Source: Octopus sinensis
Lineage: Eukaryota
Direction of reading: 5' to 3'
NCBI RefSeq assembly: GCF_006345805.1
Contig: NW_021835989.1
Coordinates: 124,001 to 188,000, forward strand
DNA: 64,000 nt
The translations under genes and the position numbers were made by a program. This document shows, piece by piece, positions 52,174 through 61,329 of this stretch (the first letter of the stretch is position 1; every line of letters starts with the position of its first letter). The notes below the pieces were generated by a model. It was not told the origin of the DNA, ran no database searches, and worked only from the letters and a program-made list of their open reading frames with translations.

Positions 52174-52181
52174 CTGATGAC

Positions 52182-53185
52182 AGTGCCGCATGTCTGAGTT
52201 TCAGAAATCATATGAAACACATAGAAGTAACAATCTACTAGGATTAAAAAAATTAATAAAATTTGCGAATTTTGCTTGTTAGAATTTTAGAAAAAAATTG
52301 AAATCGTCACGTCCATACACAAATCCAAAGCAACGAATATGGCCATAATGATTCTTTTCAAGCATAAAAGTAATTGCCGAAGCTTTTCGGACAAATCTAC
52401 CACATGACAGCATCTTCTAGGTTGTCCATCGCAGATTCGCTGAAAAAGCTCGCTCGTCTCCCCCGGTCGTTTGTTTTCGAAAAATTCTTCTACCATTGTC
52501 AGTGAGAAGTTGATTCGCTACCTTTTCAACGATGGCCCCACACCGGCATTTGTGGAGTCCGGCAAATCTCCAGTCCAAGTCTGGTGCTGATGCCGATGCG
52601 GACAGTATCGTCGTCAAGGTGGGTTCCGACACTATCAACGGGGAGTGCGTTGATCCAAGCTCCACTCGATTCGCATCTTCCAGTCACTAGACAGGCACGT
52701 CTGTGTTGGTTTGATTGGATCAGAAGCCTCTTATATTTTTCCTCGCAGATGTTCCTGTCTTTCTGCTCAGGCTCATCCTCCTCGAATGCGCCATGTCTGT
52801 GATTTCAGATGATTCAGTTTGGAGTTGGAGAATCATCCTGATCAGCAGTCGGCTGGAGTCCAAAGAGGATAGATATGCGGGGCAAGCTAGATCTTTCGGA
52901 GAAGGGATTCCCAGTCCGCCCAGGTTAACGGGTAGGGTCGCTTGGTCTCACCCTTGGTCGTCGAATTTCACATGCGTTCAATGGTGGTCCGAAAGAGACA
53001 ATCGATATTGTCGAGCTGTTGCATTTCCAGGTAGCAGGGTGCGCCCCGAAGAACGTAATTCAGTTTCTGTGCTGACAAGGCGTTTTTTAGCAGAAATAGG
53101 AAGGTATGTGCGTCTAGCGTCTCAAGACGTATGAATGTTGTTTTTAGTTGTTGTTCTTTTGTTATTAGTGTTACTAAATCCAGCA
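52182..53185 (-). mobile_element. CRE-type retrotransposon 3' part with internal deletion of most of the RLE
   Basis: KLNYVLR..P, GGLGI, SGAWINALP..LG, HKCRCG, then a jump to the C-terminal LFQRI motif. Confidence 0.85.
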
Positions 53186-53212
53186 ATCCTCTTTTTTAGT
53201 TCCCCAAAGAGT

Positions 53213-55400
53213 TATGGCTTTAAATAATTTACACGAGTTTAGTTTGGTCTTCGAAAGATTGTCGATCCTCTTTTTTAGTTCCCCAAAGAGTGCCTTCAAT
53301 ACTTCGCTTTTCAATACATCGCTTCTTCTATCTTCTAACACTCCAAGGTATCTGTAACCTTCCATCCCATCAAGCAATTTAGCTTCAGACCCAAGGTTTG
53401 CCAGATTAGTTGCAGACTTTTCGACATTTTTTTCCAGTCCGACAGCTTCGAAGAAATTATTTACCTCATTCATCATATTCATCGTTGTATCTTCTTTTGT
53501 GAAAATATTTTTAGATCATCCATAAACAGTAAGTGATTTGTTGTATATGTAATACAACCCTGATCTTGGTTATCAATCATCACTTTTGGGTACTTAGCAT
53601 TCAGAATTCTACTAAGAGGATCCATCACCAGGGAAAAGATTTGAGGTGACAAGGAATCACCCTGGAGTATGCCTCTTTCCAATTTAACCTCTCCGATTTC
53701 ATTATGATTCAGAATTAGCTTTATTCGCCATTTCGTTACAAGGTTCTTCACAAAATTCACAATCCAGCTAGGGAGTCCGGAGTTTTCAAGCACCTGGAAC
53801 AGAAAGTCGTGATCTACCGAATCGAACGCTTTCTTTACGTCAATCCAGGTAGAAACAAATTATTTCCGTTTTGCTTGTGAATGCACCGGTTAAGAATTGC
53901 TTGTTCCTTTGCCCCTTGACACATTCGCCGAGTTCCCAATTGATTATCCGCAATCAGATTATATGCCTCAATATAATCTCCCAACTTCCTGTTAACACAT
54001 TTCGTTGCAAGCTTATATAGGTTAGACATACAAGTAATTGGTCTCAAATCTTTGGGTCCTTGACAAATATCTTTGGGATGAGATATGTGATTCCAGTGTA
54101 GAACCACTCATCCGGTATGTATTCACCACGGATTATCTTGACTAGTTCTTCACACAAGTGATCATGGATTAAGGTCATTCTTTTTAGAAAGAAATTATAC
54201 ACCCCATCACAACAGCTAGCTCTCCAGTTTGGGAGTTGTTTAATTGTTTCAAGGATGCTTTCTTTACTAAACTCTGCAAATGTATCCTCTGCCCATGTCA
54301 CTCTCTTGTTAATATGTAACACATTATCGCTCTTCTCATTTCTACTCCATATTTTTTTCCAATATGATAAACATTCACTGTTATTAAACATGAACTCTGC
54401 ACTCTTTCTCTCATCATTTAAACTGCGATAGAAACAACGCCGATTCAATTCAAAGAACCAATTCTGTTTCCGAAATTCTTTTCTTGCATCATGGAGTCGA
54501 AGTTTCTTCTCAACAATCTTTATTTCGTCTCCAATGCAAGCAGAAATTCTTCCAAGTTCTCCTTTCTTTGCCTTTCGATATCCATATTCACTCAGCGTAT
54601 CCCTCGTTGCATTATCAAACTTCAAGCTTCCTTTTTGATCAATAAGTGTATTAGTCTGTTCGTATTGTTCTTTAAATTTAATTAGTTTTGCTTCCATTAT
54701 TCCTTTCCAGTTTGTTATTCTTAGGAGAGTATTTTGTAAGAGCTTGGTATGTCAGCTGTTCAGCATAAACGATATCGTGATATCATTCAAATTGACAGGA
54801 GGGTTGGTCTTTTATATTCATTAATCACTGCATTTATTCCAGACAATATTTCTTTTTTAAGTAGTTGATATGGGACTTTTTTTGGTCGGCTTTCGTTTTT
54901 TTTCGAGAGATAGATTTAACTTGCTCTATTTGGTAAGAAAATTCAATTGAGCAATCTCTAAAATTAGAGATTTCAGTCTTGTGATTCTTTTCTTGATCCA
55001 ATGGAGAGTTAGACTTTGTTCCCGTCATCTTAGCCAGACTCTTCACATTCGCCACAGATTTGGACGTGAGGAACTTTCGTTAAAAGCCTGAGTAATCATG
55101 GGCCATCCACCACGTGGTATTCTTTTGAATCTGCTCGAGAAACGTTGACCACTTCATTCATTGCGCCATTGATCATGTCCACCTGCGTTACTTGATCGAT
55201 GATAGCCCGTAGAGTTAACAGATTAGCAGGACAATCCGTTTGCGACAACCGAATTTGGAGGGGAATATCAGATTCTTGCGTTCCAAGCTGCCCACGGACC
55301 ACACGATCTACGTTATTATTGGTTTCTCTTTCATTTCTTCCGTAGATAGGTCCATTGGAAATGTTTCATTAGACCCAGTAGAAACAAACATGCACGTAAA
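53213..55400 (-). mobile_element. R4/Dong/NeSL-like non-LTR retrotransposon, 5' part (RT), 3'-truncated
   Basis: RPITCMSNLYK, NQLG..GAKEQ, KAFDSVDH, GILQGDSLSP, NHLLFMDDLK and YRYLGV, with frameshifts. Confidence 0.88.
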
Positions 55401-55559
55401 CAACAAATTTTTTTTATTTCATGTAGCTCATATAGACACAATTCTAAAGTAATTTGTTATTTTCAAATAAAAAAATAATTAAAACTGACCTAATTTCTGT
55501 ATAATTTTGCCGCTGGTATTGGTGGTATCTAATGTCGCACTTCAGGCTTATGTCAGGAT

Positions 55560-56960
55560 ATTAATGAATACGACAACATTAAAAAGATATTATGTGGAAT
55601 TCAAATGAGGATACCAATACTCAGAGGAATCGCAGATTGCGAAAAAAATCCTCACATTTTTTCGTGAGGAACAATAAGTTTTACGTTTAATCTAATTTTA
55701 TTTATACGTTTTTCTGAAAGGAAATATTGAAAATTGGTTATTCCTCTCGACTGTGAGTCAGAGATGGAAGCCCACGCCAGGTCGCTGCATGTGATCTCGC
55801 ATAAAGGGATAAACAAAATAGAATTTCTCTGCCGTCAAAACTACTTTTATAAAAAGTAGCGTTAATAAAAAGTTATTACTGAATGTGAGATATGTAAGTT
55901 TTCCCTCCCTCTTAAAGTTGTCCTTTTTAAATAACGTTTTAGACTGTTGACGAGAATAATCATGTTTTTTGCCGTTGTTCCAAATGAGCGGTTTCAGATT
56001 GATCTGATAGATTTGAAAAGGTTTCAAAGTGTCAACCAAGGATATAAATGGATCTTATCCGTGATTGATATTTATAGTCGGTATTAATTTATATATAACC
56101 AAATTAGTTTCGCCTTTGCAAGGCCATTGCTTAATAAGTCGGCAATTGAAGTATGCCACAATTTGGAGGATCTTTTCTACGTACATGGGCCATGTAAAAT
56201 TCTACAGTCGGACAACGGGACAAAATTTAAAAAATGCAGAAATTCAAGTTTATGTCAAAGGTTCAGAATACTTCACATTCATGGAAGACCAAACAATACT
56301 ATTCTACCAATTAATTTTTAGGGTATAGTGGAACGTTTTAATCAAACGATAACAAGATCAATCGTCAAACTTATTGAAGAAATGGGAATCATAATGAATG
56401 GATGTCGATTCTACAGTATGCAGTTTACTGCTACAATACGACAATGCATTCGTTCTCGAATGAGACACCTTTAAACGCTATCGAGGAATTTCGGGGATAA
56501 TTCCTTCATATGGACGAAATCACAGAAGGTGATACATTTAGACTTACTTTTAGACTCAGTGACGAGCTTGATTGACGATTCAACTATTTCTGAATCCACT
56601 CATCAAAGCGGTTTAAATTCATAAATTACAATATTGTAGAATGCTTTAATTTTCAGATAACTCCAATAGGAGGTGACGACAAATACTACAAGCGTATGAA
56701 TAGAAGAATGGGTGTCCATTGTTCGAATATACAGTTATGCTATTGGAGATAAGTTAAAATTAATGTGAATTTAATTTAGGTACGATTTGCTAAAGATCAC
56801 GGAACGAATCCATCTTTGAGACTCGATAAGTTCGAGTCCCATATTTCTGAGACTTGCAAAATAATCTCAATTTTATCAAATTCACGTGTCGAGGTATTCA
56901 TCAAATTTATGTTTGCATCAAATTTCCCGATGGAAGAAGAACATCGTATTAATGTCTAGG
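55560..56960 (+). mobile_element. Ginger/KRBA2-like DDE integrase (rve) with mini-introns, decayed
   Basis: PNERFQIDLID..YKWILSVIDIYSR|FAFARPLLNK, LQSDNG, G.VERFNQT and YNTTMH. 27-nt intron at 56081-56107. Confidence 0.8.
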
Positions 56961-57262
56961 ATAAAAAATGATTATCTTTGTTTTTCTCTTAATAAAGTTT
57001 TCTTCATTATCCAAAGAATATGTCTTAAACAAATAGAAATCACAGTTTCTCTTATTTTTTCCTGTATGTCATTATTGAAATTTGCTGAATTGAAACACAT
57101 TTTTAATCTGATTAGATACAATATCAAATATTGTCAGCCATCTATGATATCATTATCAAAAAATATATAATAGCAAATTTTTTTCAAATCGAGATTCATT
57201 TCAACAAATTCCAATAATATCCGTCTATAAATAAATTTAACTTTATGTGCTCTATAATCAAA

Positions 57263-58209
57263 ATGAAATCATGTAAAATTTGCGGAGCCAGAGCTAATGG
57301 AACACACTATTCTGTCAGAAGTTGTCACGGGTGCAAAAATTTTTTTCAGTATATTTTTGTATAATTTATTATTAGAAGATGCATCAACAATAAATACATG
57401 TTCTTTTGCAGATTGAGGGAAATTGCATTTTAACACAAAACAAGAAATATTGCAGATTTTGTAGGCTAAAAAAATGTTTAGAAATGGGAATGACAAAACA
57501 TGGTTATTCAATTTATTAACTTTAGAAATTAAAATACATTTTCAATATCTTATGAGGTACAGATATTTCCAAGCCAGTTTATTACGTACGAAACTGAACT
57601 GCAAGTTGAATTATTCATAACAATTGTTAGAAATATTTCGATTTTAACTGCTTAAATTGCTTTTTAATGAGAACTTGTGTAAGCCAAATTAGAAAAATTG
57701 TTTTCTAAATTTGACCAAAAATGGATTGAAATTTTGGTTCAAAGTGAAAATCTGATCGCCCAGATTGTGGGATCATATATATAATTATTTTTAGGACGTC
57801 GAAATGGTCTCTAAGAATTATTTTCATTTCCATTTTTCTAACTGCTGTTTGAGTCAAATTTCGAAAAATTCTTCCCACAAACTCACGTTAATATGAATTG
57901 TAACAATGGTCCGATCTTAAGCATACTGAAACAGTTTAAAGAATTGTATCAAGCTATTACTGATTTACATATTACGAAAGAAGAATATTTCTATTTAAAA
58001 ATTATTTATTTTTCAAATTTTGTAAATTTTTAATGATATTCTTAGATTCAGACGAGGTGAATGATTGTGAGCCTATACTATTCAAATATCTTGCATTATT
58101 AGAAAAAAATTGCATTTCACGGAAAAAATTAATCACAAAAGTTTTAATTTTGTTACCGGATTTCGAAAATCTTTCTTTAACATTTAAAAACTTTTTAATT
58201 CTCTATTAA
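57263..58209 (+). CDS. Minimal nuclear hormone receptor (C4 zinc-finger DBD plus shortened LBD)
   Basis: MKSCKICGARANGTHYSVRSCHGCKNFFQ|RC...C..GNC..CRFCRLKKCLEMGM. LBD remnants EEYFYLKIIYFSN and KVLILLPDFE. Short introns. Confidence 0.85.
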
Positions 58210-58739
58210 TTTTAAAATTCTATTAATTTCAAAATTCTATACAAAAATGTCAATAAAACAACAGGTATAGATTTAGAATTATCTAATTTGATAAAATATG
58301 TGATATCGCTTAAAAAGATTTAGCTGGCTTTTTTACAATTCTTAAATTCAAATATTGTGAGAAAATATTGCAAAAATATATGCAAATATGCAAAGAAACT
58401 TAAATTCAATTGCTTTAGAGAAACAGCAACCAATCGGTAATATTAATAAATATAATAATCGTTATAGTATTTTTCTAGAATCAACAAATTACTGTAAAAC
58501 TGGAATTCAATCTGTCTGATCTCTTAGCAAAGTCTCATATTTATTACCCTAAAATTGAGACTAAAAAGACTTTCCCGCATTTAAAACGACCAAGTTCAAT
58601 CAAACTAAATTGAGAAAATAGACATCAAAATAATTTTATTTAATTTGCTAAGAACTAAGTGCTCAAACTTCAATTTGTGATAAACTTAGTTAGTAAAATA
58701 TTTTTATCAATTATTCGTTTTCTTCTGATTTTTGAGAAG

Positions 58740-58880
58740 TGAAACTACATTTTAATCTGATTAGATACAATATCAATAAACACACAGGTATAGATTTAGA
58801 ATTATCTAATTTGATAAAATATGTGATATCGCTTAAAAGATTTAGCTGGCTTTTTTACAATTCTTTAAATTCAAATATTT
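58740..58880 (+). repeat. Fused copy of the two flanks of the nuclear receptor gene
   Basis: 58740-58776 matches 57091-57127, and 58774-58880 matches 58251-58357. Confidence 0.9.
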
Positions 58881-58894
58881 GTTATTCTCTCTCT

Positions 58895-59480
58895 TTGCGA
58901 TAGCTGAAAGTTCACTCACTGAATTAATTCACGCTGATGACAGTGCCGCATGTCTGAGTTTTCAGAAATCATATGAAACACATGGAAGTAATAATCTACT
59001 AGGATTAAAAAATTAATAAAATTTTGCGACTTTTGCTTGTTCGAATTTTAGAAAAAAATTGAAATCGTCACGTTCATACACAAATCCAAAGCAACGAATA
59101 TGGTCATAATGATTCTTTTCAGGCATAAAAGTAATTGCCGAAGCTTTTCGGACAAATCTAACACACAAACATCATCTTCTAGGGTGTCCATCGCCGATTC
59201 GCTGAAAAGCTCGCTCATCTCCCTCCGGTCGTTTGTTTTCAAAAAATTCTCCTACCAATGTCAGTGAGAAGTTGATTCGCTGCCTTTTCGACGATTCCAG
59301 AAAGTTCAATTGCGAGGGGAAAATTTAATAGTGTATTTCGTCTTCTATGATCCTTTGGCATTGGCGGAGCCCGGGTTTCCGACTGTCTTGTGTAGAATCG
59401 TCACAGAAAACGAGTTGATTCAAGTGGAATCTCAAACCAGGAACTTGCCCTTCCTAAAAGAAAGGTAGTCCTCTGTCGGA
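58895..59480 (-). mobile_element. CRE-type 3' end, paralog of 50280-50324 plus 52182-52530, lacking the hAT
   Basis: Near-identical sequence with a single CTGATGAC. Degenerate RLE RKGKFLV*DST..NPGSAN. Confidence 0.85.
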
Positions 59481-59559
59481 AAAAAATAATTAAAGTACAA
59501 AACAAATTAAATATATTTAAGGAAAAAGAAAAATTTCTTTTTCTTGAAAAGAGTTATTT

Positions 59560-60024
59560 CCAATTTTCCGTCGATCTTGTTTCTCAAAACCATATTTCAA
59601 ACTGTGTCGTCTTTGAAGCTGTAGTTATAACACTAACCCGTAATTAAAGTGATATTTATGAATATTTCAGCGTACTCAGTTGATAACAATGTTTTTGAAT
59701 AATTGCTTAGAATTTCATAATTTTGTTTTAGAATCCTACAAGTTTCACAACATTGTTAACTATACCCTATGTGGGAGCGGTTGTTTTTTGTTCAGATACA
59801 AAAGTGACTTATGATCTAAACACCCCGGACGAAAAATGTGATGAATTTTTGTATTAACAAATCAGCAATGGCAATTTGATCACAATCTCCTAGACCAGCG
59901 GATCTTTTAAACTACTTAGTCATATTTTCAAAATCTGGTACGAATTAGATGTCGAGGTCCGCAACAACTGACTTAGATTGACATCCGTTGGTCTATTGCG
60001 GTATTTGTTCTTAATTTTAGCCAT
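59560..60024 (-). CDS. Possible spliced gene of unknown function
   Basis: ATG in an AAAATG context: MAKIKNKYRNRPTDVNLSQLL..., with GT-AG mini-intron-like gaps. No family recognised. Confidence 0.3.
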
Positions 60025-60162
60025 TTTGGTAAAATAAGGCACTCAACTCTAAATGTGTTGTCAAATCACTTAATTTCATGATTTAGGGAGTTCGTCCTTA
60101 TCCAATTGGACGATAGATTTCAACGATTTTTAAACATGTTCCATTTTTATTGTTTTTGGAAT

Positions 60163-60435
60163 TCAATTTTCCTGATGAATGACATGGCAGATAGCCAGAG
60201 TATTGCCTCTGACTATGGCTATAGATATTCTTTCGATTAAATACCGGTGCTCACACGGGTCGCCGGTAACCCTTTCGATTAATGAGGCAATGTGCTGGAG
60301 TAAGGTCCGAGTAGAAGGCCCCTGTATTCCTGACGTCTCGACAGCCAGGGGGACAAACACTCTGCCATTCCCAATTCCAGCGTATTTCTCAGCTTTTCTC
60401 TTCTCAGCCCGTTCAGACGGGGCTCCCGGACTCAT
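60163..60435 (-). mobile_element. CRE-type RLE C-terminal fragment
   Basis: AEKRKAEKY..FVPLAVETSG..LIERISIAIVRGN. Confidence 0.85.
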
Positions 60436-60599
60436 TTTTATCGAAAAATGACAAATTTGTTTATTTGTTGTGGTGGTGTAATTTTTTCCCCATTTGTGAT
60501 TTTGTCACTTCATTGTTGTTCTTCATTGTACTGTCTCATTTTCTGTGTATCCCATTGTATTGTCTTATTTTCTGTGTATCCTATGATTCTATTCTAATC

Positions 60600-61150
60600 T
60601 ATTCATGGAAAAAGTAGATAATCCCACATGCCTTTCTTGCGAAAAATCGAACAGACGGAAACGTGGAATTAATTGCTCGACCTGTGAGAATTTTTTTTCC
60701 ATCTTTCTTGTATTGGTCTCAAGAGGAAGCAGGGATTTGCCCTCCAGACGTGGAATTGCCCTTCGTGCGTAGTTCCTGGATGGTGTCCACCTCCTTTTGC
60801 CCTTCCGTCTCTGATGCAGAGAATTTCCTTCCTGCGATATCTGTCCGCTTGCGACGGTGCAGGTACATCCCGTCAGGATTCCGAAGACAGTAAGGTTACT
60901 TGCTGCGGAGAGTCTTGCCACCTTGATCGGAAATGTCACGAAGAAACACTCCGACGCAAATGCGAAATTGTGACTGTCAACACGGACGAACTTTCCTTTC
61001 GTAAGTGGATGACCGAATTCGACAAACTGCTACCTGGATGCACCTTCCCCCTCAAAGAAAACTTGATTTTTCTTGGATCTCCTATTTTTGAAAGTGCTAT
61101 CAAAGCTGTTATGAAGGCTAAAATTTCGGAATTTTCCCTTCTCTCTTAAA
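60600..61150 (+). mobile_element. CRE-type RT fragment
   Basis: KCEIV..LIFLGSPIFESAI thumb-region motif, preceded by decayed N-terminal remnants. Confidence 0.55.
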
Positions 61151-61329
61151 ATTACGTTGTGTGGATAGCCTGACGATTCTAAAAGTATAAACAACAACAG
61201 TTAAGTACAAATAAATTTTAAAACTGAAATAATGTACGGAAACGACACCTTAATAAAGATTAAATCCAAAGAATATTAGAATACATAATTTAATAGACTA
61301 CACGAATAGGAAAAAATAAATAAGACAGT

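Noticed and set aside
47290-58045. Non-canonical splicing that shares one G between exon and donor (several junctions are one base short)
   Set aside because: Each case adjoins a homopolymer or GG run, and many other G|GT junctions are intact. The general deletion error explains it.
58930-59000. Hammerhead ribozyme at CTGATGA...GAAAC
   Set aside because: No closing pair or plausible stem II and stem III.
60163-60435. Domesticated RLE mini-gene (ATG fused to a CRE fragment)
   Set aside because: It lacks the catalytic PD..D residues, and an adjacent ATG is easily chance.
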